In this document: piece by piece, positions 50,011-63,300 of the stretch
Layout of the letters: each line of letters begins with the position of its first letter
Position numbering within the stretch: the first letter of the stretch is position 1
Assembly: GCA_964199315.1 (NCBI GenBank)
Contig: OZ116708.1
Coordinates: forward strand, 2,108,001 to 2,172,000
Source: Orbicella franksi
Taxonomy: Eukaryota
DNA: 64,000 nt
Reading direction: 5' to 3'
The notes under the pieces: model-generated
What the model was told of the DNA's origin: nothing
Seen by the model: the letters and a program-made list of their open reading frames with translations, nothing else
Databases searched by the model: none
Made by a program: the position numbers and the translations under genes

Positions 50011-50330
50011 TCCGCTTACCCGTCAACGTAGTTTTACCCACTTCGACCGTCAAAACAAGTTTAAATGCCCGGCGGGCCATCGAAAATACTGCGTGAAAAT
50101 ACAGTTAATTAATTGTTCCGTTATTATGATAACGATTCTTCGTGGTCAGTCAGGCGGTGTTGGACACGGTCCACGTGACAGTATTCGACCAATCATATGT
50201 CGTCTTAGCCGGAGCAATGGCGGACACATTTTTCGTTGCGAATGGAGAATAGGTTGTCGTTTCTCGACCGATTTCTGCACTCATCACGAGAAACAAGCGA
50301 ACCTTTTCTAGGAGCTGCTAGTATAATATC
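50011..50330 (-). promoter_or_regulatory. Likely promoter region of gene C
   Basis: CpG-enriched stretch immediately upstream of the start codon, with CACGTG and CCAAT elements near 50170-50195. Inferred from position only. Confidence 0.35.
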
Positions 50331-52499
50331 TAGACCAGTTATTTGGCACGCCTCAAGTGCAGGTAAGCAATTTTTGCATCAGAACTAGTCAATGGAAATC
50401 ATGCGAAGTTGAAGAAGCTTTTGGTCGTTTGCGGGGTAATAGGGATCAGTATTGTGAATTATTTTTGCGTGAAACTCTAGGTCGAGAGTTGAACTTTAAG
50501 AAAAGTCCGGCTGGCCCAGGCGGACCCCGCCGTTTTAACGGTCAAAATCGGACTCGAAGTTGGGGCATTTCCCTTGATTTGTCAGATGTTGGCGGTATTT
50601 CGCGGGACTGATTGTGTGATTTCTACCCTTGTTTTAAGAGTATAATGTTGTGGCTTGGCTTGTTCCTTTTACATCTTAATGTTTTTGTGCTATGTCTTTT
50701 TGTAGTGCGTATGTCATTCGTTTGTTTGGCCGATGTTCAAGATTTTGGATCCTGCTTTGGATGCTAGTCCATTAAAGATATCATTTAATTTACAGGGAAT
50801 TTTCACTTTCAAGGTCACTGCCTGTCTTGAATTGTTATCTCTAACAGAAATTTACCACTCTTGGATCGGATGTTATTGTTCAGTCATCTATGGCCGATTG
50901 TTTTTGATCTCCCACTTCTTTATGCCTGTTTTTCTTTGAATGTTGGTAGTAGTGGCAGACTATACATCAATAAATAATAAGTGTTTCATGTGTATAGCTA
51001 CGCATAATTGTCAACCCAGAACCAGCCAATGTGTTTGAAGCAAATGCTGAATTACCAGCTGGTATTTTAAAAGACTATGGGCTTGGAATTAACTTTGCTA
51101 TATTTCCCAATAACTAAATTTATCCACTTACACCGTAGTGATCAAACAAGGAAAGCTACAGCATGGTGCTGTTTAGGATGTTGAATTTAGAATGGAATAG
51201 ACCGAAACAGAAATCATTATGACATAATGCAAGTGACTACTTAGAAAGCTGCATGGCAAGCCCAAGATTTAAGAACCACTGCAAGTGTTCAATATAGTGC
51301 ATCTGCTCGTATTTTAAAATGTTGTTACAATTTAGTTATCGCAGTCAAAACATCTCACTATAGATGATCTAGGATACAACTACATGCTAGATTATTCTGA
51401 ATTCAGTTGTCACAGTCATTACGAGTCGACACGAGGAAGTGCTGTGGAGACTGTTTTTGGCAAAATGTTTAATAGCCACTGTAGAAAATGTTAATATCAG
51501 TACATGATCATTGTGTTGTTGACCACAGGACTTGCCGTAAATAATAAATTTTAAACTGGCAGATATTTCATATGACCTACATAGTACTGTTCTGGGTAAA
51601 GAGCTCCCTTAAGTTTACACAACTCACTTTGAACCTGAAACTTCAGCAGAGGTGTGATATGAGGATATGCAATGAAGGCAGGTGAGGACCATGAGCTATT
51701 CATTCATTGCCAATTGACCCTGCCTATCATTCACAATCTTTCAGTTTACTAATTTATAAGTGAACTTATAAATTAGTAAATTATAACTTATATGTTAGCC
51801 GCTGTTTCCAGAATATGGTTTTTGTGCTGTTTTGCTGGTTTTTTGTTGTGCTTGTCAGTACTTTGCAAATATTCAGTTTAAAAAGCATACTTTGGAACTG
51901 AATTATTATTTGCAAGTAAATATAAGTCAGTTTTTTTTTTTTACATCTCCCATCTGCAATTTTAGTTGCAACCACTTTAAATAGCACGAGGTATATTATT
52001 TGTCCAAAGCGTTCATTTCATGTAACTCAACCAAGCCTTGTTTCCACTGAGCCCGAGTTTCCCTTTTACATGGCCAGCCACATCTACTGAGAACCCAGGA
52101 ATGGGGCACTTGGAGCAGATACACGTTAAATCCAACACCTAAGCACTAGGTGAAGAGAAATCTCAAACTCTCACCAGTTTGAACATTGATATTGCCAGTG
52201 GCAATGTCTGAGGCAAAGTCATTTGCCTTTTACTTTAAATGCATTCAAGGAAGTTGAGCAAGACCAAAATCGTGTTATCCCATTGTCTACAAAATAGATC
52301 CACACAGCACACATTTAATCCTGAATTTGTAAGCTAGTTGAACAAGAATTTGCTGGAAGTGTGACCTGGCACAGGGGACGAATACAATTACTTTTTACCA
52401 CTTATATTGAAGCAAAACATACCCTACTTCTCCCATTAAGCTTCTAGCTTCTTAATTCCATTTATTGCAAATTATTTTTATTTTGAAAGAGCCATAGCT

Positions 52500-53200
52500 C
52501 ATTAGCAAGTTGTTTATGATTCTTTTTGGTTGATAAAGAAATACAGCGGGCGAAACTCGATTAATCAAGCTTTACACAAGTTTTCAAGGACAAAACATTG
52601 CTTTGATTCCGAATTATTCACCCTTTTCTACGTAAGTTTTACCAACCTCAGCTCTCTTATCGTCCAACAAAACCATAATATCTGTCAACAACCATGTTGT
52701 TGGCCAGCGATACACTGATACACTTTATATGCAAGTCGAGATGCCTAAGAAGGAAAGGTAGGTTCAATTCCGGCATCGAATTCGAAGAGGTCAGAAACGG
52801 AAATAATTTATCTTTCAACCGTAAAGATTCGATGAACCGCGAAGCTTCGACTCCAAAAATCATCTGTTCAGCACTGAAACTGGTGGCTTTGTGAATCGAG
52901 CAGAAGTCATCTACAGCTATTACTTGGCCTGCGGAACATCTCATATGGATGTCATTCCAGATTTCTTTCAGCATCGGATGCGAGGGAACCTCCTATAAGT
53001 CATATTTCCACATCACCATCAGCGCGTGGAGATGTTTGCCGTTCAGCGATCAGATGAAAATGAGCTCGAGGGAAAATTTATCCTGGCATGCTTTCCGAGT
53101 CGTGTCCAACACTGCCTGACCGGTGGTGAGTGGTGCGTCAAGATGACGAACTGGCGCTAAACTAGACCTCTTGAGGGTGCATGATGCATAACGCTTGTTC
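52500..53200 (-). pseudogene. Decayed exon-like coding remnant of an unidentified protein
   Basis: A strong acceptor (TTTTATTTTAATTCTTCACAG, 53221-53201) opens a ~180-codon frame interrupted by two stops, which runs into ORF 52974-52657. Protein-like sequence continues after a frameshift. No family recognised. Confidence 0.4.
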
Positions 53201-56200
53201 TGTGAAGAATTAAAATAAAATACTGTCCAGGAGTATTAAATAAGCAACTTTGGGTATGCTTTTCTGTATATTTACTTCACAACAAGTGAGACTTCTAACC
53301 AGTTGCTTTCTATTTAAAGCAAAGGAACCAAAGATATTATATTACAACAAAAGCTTCAGAAACTCTTTCATGTGTAAAGTAAAATCACTGGAGAATTAAA
53401 AGCACTGCTTATTATTTTGTAGCAACTGCTGAAATAAAACGTTCAACGTGCTTAAACAATCTAAGGAAAGCCTTTATGATTCCGATCATCGCCACAGTTT
53501 CTACTTAGTAGTGAGAATTTCAATGTCCTACATCTGCCTTCGCTTTTTTAATTAATTTCCGGTATCCTAACTTTGATCAATTCCTGATAATGTACGGGAG
53601 TGTGGTCGACCAGCCGAATAAGCTTTTAACGTGATTACACTTTGTTGATTTTTGTTCATTAAATGAAAGAGCAAACTAGATACCAGAACTATTGTCGAAA
53701 AGCACAACCTTAAAAATAACACTGGTCGTTGTTGAATGATATTTTTTGACAGAATATCATTAACGTTGATAGGCTCCGTCGGGCATTTGCTAAAATTTCA
53801 AAACGTTATATCAGGCCAAGTAATAGCTGTAGATGACGTTTTCTGGTTAATTAGGTTCTAATTTTTTAATCTTAATTAACTTCTCTAAGTAATCTTTTTA
53901 AATTATATACATATTTTATTATATATTTTTAAGGTTTTTTTACCCCCCACCCTCCTTTTTATTTTTTTTTATTTAATGTCTTGCAGTGATGGGAGCATGC
54001 CTCCCTTTGCAAGAACCCCATAATGTAGATGTAGATGTAGAATATGGGCAACTTTTCACGAAGTCTTAGTGTCAGACGAAACAACAGTTAAGTTAAGTCA
54101 CTTTTGATGGAAACACTTTCTTACAAAAAAATTAAGTGTGTTGAAAACTCGAGGCCATTCAGTCGAGATTAAGTCCCTGTCCATAAATATGGAAAATTCG
54201 ATTTCGCTCACATTTTTATGGTAGATAGGATAGGCATGACAAAAACTACTGGGTAGTTTTTTTGGCAAAATATCCTTTTGTTACAAAGAAATATGCAAAT
54301 TACCAAATCCGTTAAAATCGTCATTTGACGCACCATTTTATTAAACAAGTTTGAGAGCCTCGCATGCAAAACCACATCATTCTTCCGTCTTTAAAACACT
54401 CAAACATTTTTGTGCAATGTTTGAATGTGTACCGGGTTGATTGTAGAGAATGTTGCGTTGTCTTTTTAGGTGCAAAATAATTAAATTTCGAAGACATGTA
54501 TTTCATTCACTTAAAAGTACTTCATGAATATAATTAATTTTCACCATGTGCGAAGCCTTCAAATGGATTAACCTTCTCATGGTTGAATCGCAGAAGGATG
54601 GTCTGCAGATTCCTGTGAAAATTTCTTTGGGCAAATGATTGTGAGCGATCTGAGAGCTTTTGGGTTGGCCGCTTAACAGAGGTTGGTGTACCTTAAATAT
54701 TTTTGGCTATCGGGTTATAAATTTCTTGGTGAACATGGAATCAATTCAACACAATCATGATAGACGTGTGTTTGAATTATCACTCGTCACGTTCAATTTC
54801 AGACTCTTATCTTAAATTTTGGGTTGCCGCCGGCTTAATAGGGGCAAAGACAATAGAGAAACCCTTATCGGAACGACCAAATATACACATATTATCTATC
54901 AGTCTATCATGCAGAACTCAATCAAGCAAACAATATTTATTCAGTAAGTTTGGCTTTGCATTTTGGATTAGATCGAGCTAGTTCTGCGACTTCCCGTGTT
55001 TTAGTCCTTTATATGCCAGATAAGAACATAGTTTTACGGATGCTAGAGACCGACGCGAGATCTTAACAAGTTCTAACGTAATTTGGATCTTTCAATATCA
55101 TCTAATCTGTTAGCAAACGGATCTCATAGCAGTTTGATGACTTGCTTGAAATAAATTTGCAAAAATGCTTGACGTCATGGATAATATATCGGACCGATGT
55201 ATTTAAAATATAAGTGCTTACATTTAGAACGACTGCAACGTTTGGGGTCTTAAAAAGGGTAATGATTACACAATAACGCTTCTTTTGTCTGGCAGGTTAT
55301 TTCCCTGTCTTAACTTTCACAATGGATTTTGTGAATGACGTAGTGGTCCTCAACTCCACTCTTCAACATAAAATAGCCGCATTTTTGCACAAGAAATATA
55401 CTTTGTGATATAAAAAATGTGTGGGAAGTTAGTATTAAACCTCCAGTAACTTGTCACAGATATTTATTTAAATAAAGATATTGATGCATTGTATTAGTGT
55501 TTCATTTGCAACTTCAACGAACGTGCGGTACACTTATATTTGTTTGTCAGTTTTTAAGATTGCCACAGCAACCAGTTGTATTCAAACCAAAATAAAGTTT
55601 ACAACTTCCGTTTTCGTCGCTATCGCGAATGATTTAAACGGTCTGTTTAAATTGAAGCCGATCGAATTCTTCCTGAAAATTGAAAACTGAAGTTAAGTTT
55701 ATTATCTTGATCATGGATGTATTATAAAGCGTACTAATGATGAACACAAATCACGGTGTATTTACATGTTCGTACCGTACACGCATGTTTACTGGTCTGA
55801 TTTATTTTATCTAATACCTCATGAATAAAATGCGGACGACAGCCATTTCTTTTGGAAATGTTGTACATTGTTAACGTTTCACGTAGAATTCGTACTTACC
55901 TGTCTGGCTTCTCCCTTCGACTCTTATCTCGGCTGGAGCTCTCTATTACGTTCGATTCACTCCGCTGACCCAACTAGCTCCCTATAAAACCCTTACCTCG
56001 GCTGAGCTGTTACTATGCGCCTCGATTCGCGCCAATGACCCCTTTGTTAGACCCTCTAAAATGGCTGCCTCAATTGAAATACTCGTCTACGCTCCTATTT
56101 AACTTTGGTATCAAAGTGTACTTTTGATTGCAGTTTATTCAAAATGCGTTTACAACTGCCCAGACATGTTCCGCATAAATTAAGAAGTTTCCCACGCATT

Positions 56201-57356
56201 TTATTCATGAGGTATTAAAGACAATAACTTATGACGTGATCTACGTTAATTAGATACCACAGCAATTTAATCAGGAAGCACATCAAATTTCCAGAAACCG
56301 GGGTGCCTTCTACACTGTTCATTATAAACTGATTGATAGTGCATATTTTCGGAATGATTCAGGGGGAGCTTTGATCATTGCATGTAAAGAACACCCACTA
56401 CGAGAACTTTAAAACAGAGACGATACATCGAACACCATGGAATGAAACGAAAGAGAAAATGAATTATTATTTATCCACACAGCTAGCTACGTTTTCAGAA
56501 CACCTCCTTCACCATGTGAAGGCAGGAGACGAAATGGTAACGGAGAGTTGTCAACTGCATTGCGGAGCAAGAGTCCTCCATGAAACGCTTCTCAAACTAG
56601 TACCCAGTGATAAATATTTTAGCGCGGTTCAAGAGTTGTTGTTCCAAAGCAAGTGTCGAAACATTGCAGTGGTACAAGTCGACAATGCACTAGACGTGGA
56701 GAGGGAGAAGTCAAGACAACTTGCATTTGCTGGCGTGACAGTCAAGAGTTCCAACAATTTGAACTGTAAAAACGAGATACAGCTTTCAGTTTCTTTTTCA
56801 ACCCGGTTTATTTCAACCTACTACCAAAATGCCTTAATTAAATACCTACTGCAAATTGATAACTACAGTAGATAAATAATACAAACTCTTTTTTACTTCC
56901 ATCTTTTATGAGACAAGCGGAATAGTGCAAATTGTCCACAAGTTCATGACAACTATTGTCGTGATCTAGATTATAGGGCTTATCTTCGGACTTGCCAATA
57001 ATACATTGTAGACTACAGCTACTGGATATCACAAACCAATGCCTTAAAATTCTTTCTGCAATGGTATCTTGGTTAGTAAAGTGATCACACACTAATAGAT
57101 ACTGGCAGGCCATGGTCTAAGAGACGGGAGCTTGTCCTCACTTTCGAGACCATAACGTTGGAGGCTATACCGATATTTTTAAGCTAGTAACAATTTATAA
57201 TTTGTCAAAACTATACTTGATACAGTTTAGCGAAATCGACACGACCGTACCGTGTTATTTATTTTGTCCTGCTTCAGACGACGCTCGCAGGTTCCAACCG
57301 TTTACTTTGTCTCGGTGTTTGGGAATGATCTTTCAAACTGGGTCCGGTGCTGCGTT

Positions 57357-60300
57357 CTAAGAAATGCACTGTACGTAGCCTTGGGGATCAAGGGCGATAG
57401 AATCACAGCTCTCGCGCTGTGACAGACCTGGCCTGCTAGAGACACATTGCTCTGTTGCTTCAGCTGTGCGTGATATCAAACTGTTATCAGACGGGTCGCT
57501 TGGTTCATGAACGGGTGAATTCAAAACAGCTGACGAAGAAGGCCCATCAGGCAGCATGTTTGTATCAGATGCAGGACTCTCTGGCTGGTCTTCCGATAGC
57601 CTTTCGCCTTCGGAGGCAATAAATGTTATGTAGCCATGAGGATCAAGGGCGATTGAATCACAACTCTCGCGCTGTCGTAGACCCGGCCTGTTAGAGTTAC
57701 TTTGCTCATTTGCTTCAGCTATGGGTGGCATCAAATGGGTATCAGACGGGCTCTTAGGCTCAGGACGTGGTGAGGGTAAGTTGCTATATTGGTGCTCCCC
57801 TTTCTCGTAAGCAGCTGCTGAGGAAGGTCTATCAGGCTGAGTCAATGGCTTGTCCTTAGATGGCCTTTTCTCTTCAGAAATTGCTGGAGGTGGAATTCCA
57901 AGAGATGCGCGTTTCTTTTCAGGAACGTCTGGTACCCCGCTGTCTGTAGAGGAGATTCCTGCTACAAAATTGGGTGGAGTAGTGTTCATGGCAGCGCCCG
58001 ATGTTCTTCTGATTGGAGACACAGGAGGCTGTGGATATCTGCTGGACTCTATCTCGCTCCTTTTCTCAGGATATGATGTCGGATAGCTTACAGATCTAGG
58101 AATGATTTGGGTGGAAGTCGTGGATGGTTTCCTTGCAGGTGGCAGGGCTGGAGGTTTAAACCGGGCTCTTATTTCATCATAAGGTGATGGCCACTGAACA
58201 GAAATTACTGAAGGTTTACGGGAAGGCTGCAACTCATCTGGATCGTCATAATCCTCATCAGATGCAAGATCCACTGGTTCCGGAAGAGGTGCCGGAGGAC
58301 GAGTAGCAATATCTGGATTTTCAGGATCGATAATCTGTCGTGTTGAAGCGCTCTTGTTTTTGTTCATGGGTGGTCCGCCTAGGTTATGGTGATGTCTTAT
58401 TACCTATAGAAGTAAATTGGAAAAGGTTTGTATGTTTAGAAAACTTAATTCTAAATGCCAGTTGATCCATTAAAAAACCCAACTCATTAGGAGCATATCT
58501 CAGTAAAAAAGGTGGCTTCCCTAGTGTTGGTAACACTCAGCACCATCTTACCTTAATATAGCTTTTTCATCCCTCACACACACAAAAAAAACAAAACAAC
58601 AAAACTCCACTCATTGTCATATGTACGCCTACATTCGACCACTTAGACATGCAACTCTGGATCCTATGATAGGCAGGAAAGAATTGACTTACCAAGATCG
58701 TTAATATCACTATTAGAGCCACAACAGCAGTGCAAGCAATCACAGTTCCAACAATAACTCCGGTCCGTCTGCCTTCATCGTCACCGACAAATTTATTTCT
58801 GGTTTTGTTAACTTGCTGCGGTTGTGACGTTACCTTTGGACCCTCCAATGGACATTGTTCCTGATCAGCTGTGCATAGATTAACAAATCAAATTGACGAC
58901 TGTTGATTTATAGATTCTTATTTTTGCCTTATGCATTGTTGACTATATCGGGAGGAAATTAAATAGCCATATTACAAGTCACAAGGTGATATTAATAGCC
59001 TTTGCATTTGCTACAAGAAACGCTGAGGCTGAAAGATGTCTTCGGGTATTTACATGGTATTACCTTCTCTGCCTCTATAGCACACTTCTGAACTAGCGCA
59101 GTAAGGTTGATTTAATGGCACGTCATCTTTGTCGTTTTTACACCAATAGCAGCCAACGACGCCTTCACATGCTTGCGAACTGTTTCTTTCACTGCAGCGA
59201 GGATCAAAACATTTTTCTAATCCTGGCGTAGGATCTTTGCATATCTTTTTAGGGACTGGCGAGTTCTGATTGCTCGTTGGTTGTATTTCAGGTGCTGAGG
59301 GTGGGCAAATAGGATCGCTTAAAAAAAAAAACAAAAACAAAAACAAAAAGAAGGGTTAATACTCAGTCACTGATAAACGTGAATCTTGCCTCCGCGTTTT
59401 TACCATTTAATCTACATGTGCCTGTCACTGGCAAATTAAGGGAGTTATTACATTCACGTAGGTCTTTTTTATCAAATGCAAAATCATCCCGAGACAGATA
59501 TTAGATTCCTAAGAATCGTGTCATGGTAGGGCTTGTTTAATCATCAGCAACGTGGAAAGTGAAATAGAACAAACATGTTTGTGGGAAAGTGATTAATTAT
59601 TCCCTATTTACAACTGTTAACTATAACAAAAGTCTCATTGTTTTACATTATCCTTTAATACAAAAAGGTACATGCATGTCTTGTTAGGTCTTGAAACAGA
59701 ATCTTCTTTCAACGAACGTTTTGTTTTCGAATTTGCGATTTTCAAACAATTTGCTAAAATGGATAACAAACCTGCTGTCGAGGAATTGACTGCGACAGTA
59801 ACGGAAGTCCAGGGGGGAGGTGCAAGGGCATTCACACGTCAAGTTGAATAAAGAACATTCCCTATCTAAAGAACAGGGGCAAGGCTCTGTAGAGCAGAAG
59901 GATTCTCTTACAGCAACCCCTGCGAATGAACATTGACAAAAGTATTAATAAAGTCTGACTGATCTACTGACTCTTCAGGTGGCTGACAGATTGAAAGAGA
60001 GACAGAGAGACACACAGACAGACAGACAGACAAACAGCCAGACAGATAGACAAACAGTGCGCTGTACAGACAAATATTTTGACCTGGGTAATCTTATGAA
60101 AAACGAACATACAAAACTTATTTGCAAACCTATATAGGCATTTGTTCCTATAATTTTTCCCAGCTGGTATTTGGAACATCTTCCACCATTTCCGAGAGCA
60201 TCGACTCCACCTGATGGTAAACTGACTTCGTAAAAGCTTTGCCTTTGAATCTCTTCCAGGTCACGGCATCCCATTTTTCTCAGGTACCCTTTTTTGATGA

Positions 60301-63300
60301 GGTCTTCTGCAACGTTCTTGTCCTTCTCCGTGATGTGCACGTACTCAACATCTGATGCTGCAGCTGATGAAAGCAAGAAGTCTTCGTGCATGATAAGGAA
60401 GCCAGCGCTGTCCATTACGAAACAGGAATAGGTCTGTGTATCTTTACACTTTGGGTAAACCTCGGTGAGTAACCTGTAAAATAGACATAAAAGTATAGTT
60501 TTATATTGTGCTATATAGATAAACGCTTTGGGTGAAAATTTGGCAAGATTTGAATTGATTGGCCAACACATGTGATAATAAATTCTTACCTGTGGAAATA
60601 AGTTAGTGGAAAGTCAGCCCCCATAACTCCAAGAACTTCATCGTTTGTGTGATGTATATGACTCGGTTCTCCTCGATACAGCGCCCGACCAGCGGTAATC
60701 ACCACTCCAGCTCCTCCCGAATCCAAATACGGAGTTGTAAGAGTTAACAAACCGGTGTGGGCCAAAGCTGTATAATACCTGAAGAAAAAGTAGTAAATTT
60801 TAACCATTGGTTAAAAATGAAGGCGCTGGAAGTGGAAAAAAATTTGCATTGTGGAGAATATTTATTGCCTATCAAATAAAATCGAGAACAAAATTGATTT
60901 TAATTTGTTCAGGCTCCATTTGACCTCAAAAGTCTGTTATTCCGCCCTCGTGCGTATACTCTAATTGGACGCTCCTGTTCCATTACAAATCTATTTATCT
61001 GATTGTTCTTTCATCATCGACTATTCGCTGGTAGACCACTATCACATACGCATGTCCAGGATAGGGAAATCAATCGTGTGCCTGGTTTAAGAAATCAGAT
61101 ACACTCGCACTCTTTTTCTATAAGCAATAGAAAAAACACCCGTGGCGTTGGAAATATACAGTGATACTATACTAAAGCAAGTGTTTAAAATCAACTTTTC
61201 AGTACAGCCTTTTTTGTGACGACATATTCTGCTGGAATCGCCCCAGAAAGTACACTAAGACGATTCCTAATGAGTTATTCTTACCAAGGTCTCTGTCTTG
61301 GGTCGTAACCTTTGTCTTCCACACTACCTGGAGTTGTTCTAAAAACTCCATTTGATGTACCAATGTATCTCCAGACCAAATATTGCGTGAGTTCCGTTTT
61401 GTCACGCAGCCACAAGTCTTCAACCTGCCAAGTCGCAGTCACTGCGTCTCGGATGCCGCTCTTCAAGCCTGGATTTCTTACTGTTCCTGAGTCGTCTTTC
61501 ATGTAAGCAGTTAGCAGCTGCACGTCAGCCTTTGTCTCATCTTTGCCTATATACTCGTATGGGTCTAAATAGGCTCCCGGAGCAAACTTTACTACAGTGG
61601 TGTCTATTAGAGAAAATGTATTATTAAACCTCATTCGGTCATTTTCGTTTTATAACAAAGTCTAATTTCTGAGGCTGTTGCTGCTTGTTTTTACTGAGTT
61701 GTGGAGTACGGTGCCGTATTTAGAGCTCGATGCTCTAACTGCCTGTGAATGTCTCAGATTGAATATGTCCTCAGTGTCTTCCTAGTATTCTTGTCAATCT
61801 AAGCTTAGCCAGACGTTCTTACAACAACAGCTTGGTATGAAAGAAAGCGCGAATGGGTGGCGCGCTGACTGTCACATTAACAGCTTTCTTTTTTCTGTAT
61901 TTTACAGTAATTCGCCCATCGCCACCTTTATCTGAAAATATATTTTGGGGAATCTGCCGGACACAAAACAATAGCCATTCGTTAAAGCCTATGATTATCT
62001 TTAACCTTATTTGCTTTCGTCTCTCGTTCTAGTGATACAGAGCACACGTCACTAAACGCATAATCCACCAATTGGGCGGTTAAATGGGCCGGCTATCTTT
62101 CAATACTTCTCTCAAACACATCTCACTCAACCAAGATACAAGTATCATGGCAGCAAACAAATTTTGAATATGAAGGTTACATCAACTAGGTGAGTGCTGC
62201 TGGGTTTTCCAGCCTGCAGAACTTTAGCTAGGGAAGAGATTCGTAAAGGAACAGGTCCCTTGGATATCCCTGTGGGATATCAAAATTGGTTTCTTTTGAT
62301 GAGTGGTGCCAGCTGCCCAAATGCCGCTCAAATGCAGGTAAAGCTATAAACGTAGAAAGCAGATTTTAGCTTCCTCCTTACTCAGTTCAGTTCCCATCAG
62401 ATTGGATAGATTCAGATCGTGAGGAAGGTCTTTATTTTGCAAGGCATTTAGTGACCGCTTTGCTCAACCTACCTTTAGCAGCATGTGTCCCAAACTGAGA
62501 ACACGGCTTCTCCGGATAATTCAGGTCAATTCGGTGATATTTAAACGTGTAGTCTATAGAAGAACAACAACGAAACCATAAAATCAACCAGTTAAAACGT
62601 TTGACGATTTATCAGAGCAATATATACTTGCTTCAGTCCGTCCTTTTCACTTAGGCTGACGTCATGTGTAAGTGCACGTTTTCATCGATCTTTGTTTACC
62701 TGGGAAACGTGCATGCACTTGATAAGAAGGGACTATATTTTCTGTTTCCGAAAATATTGCTTTAAACCGTCGTAGATGTCACAAATAATAATAATAAAAA
62801 TAATAACAGTGATAATGACAATATTCATAATAATAATGTTCATAATAATAATAATTATAAATTTATATATAGCACTAATACTATAAAATATTCAAAAGCG
62901 TTCTGCATATAAAAAGAAGCTAACAAAGTAAAACAAAGGTCTATAAAAAGCATAAAATGTGCTAGAAACACAAAAATATAAAAGGGCTTATGTAACTAAG
63001 ATGTACAAAAATTATGAACAGTCATAAGTGATATGTCTTCCCTCGTTTTTTAAAAATGTCCAAAGACGAGCTTGATCGTATGATTACGGGCAAATTGTTC
63101 CGTAAAAATAGACCGGAACGATAAAAGGCGCGGTCACCAAGTGTAGTGAGAATCTCATATTAGCCTTGTGACAGAGGAGATCCTTTATGTATTCTTGAGC
63201 CTTGAACATATGAAACCATTAACTTTAATTGATCTACTAGGAACTGCAAATGATTGATGTATTCTTATAAAAAAACTAACCTGCAGGAATTTTGAGTGAG

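Noticed and set aside
56378-56875. 165-aa ORF antisense to the gene D 3' flank
   Set aside because: The duplicate copy at 37876-38291 is frameshifted, no domain is recognisable, and it is probably antisense to a 3' UTR.
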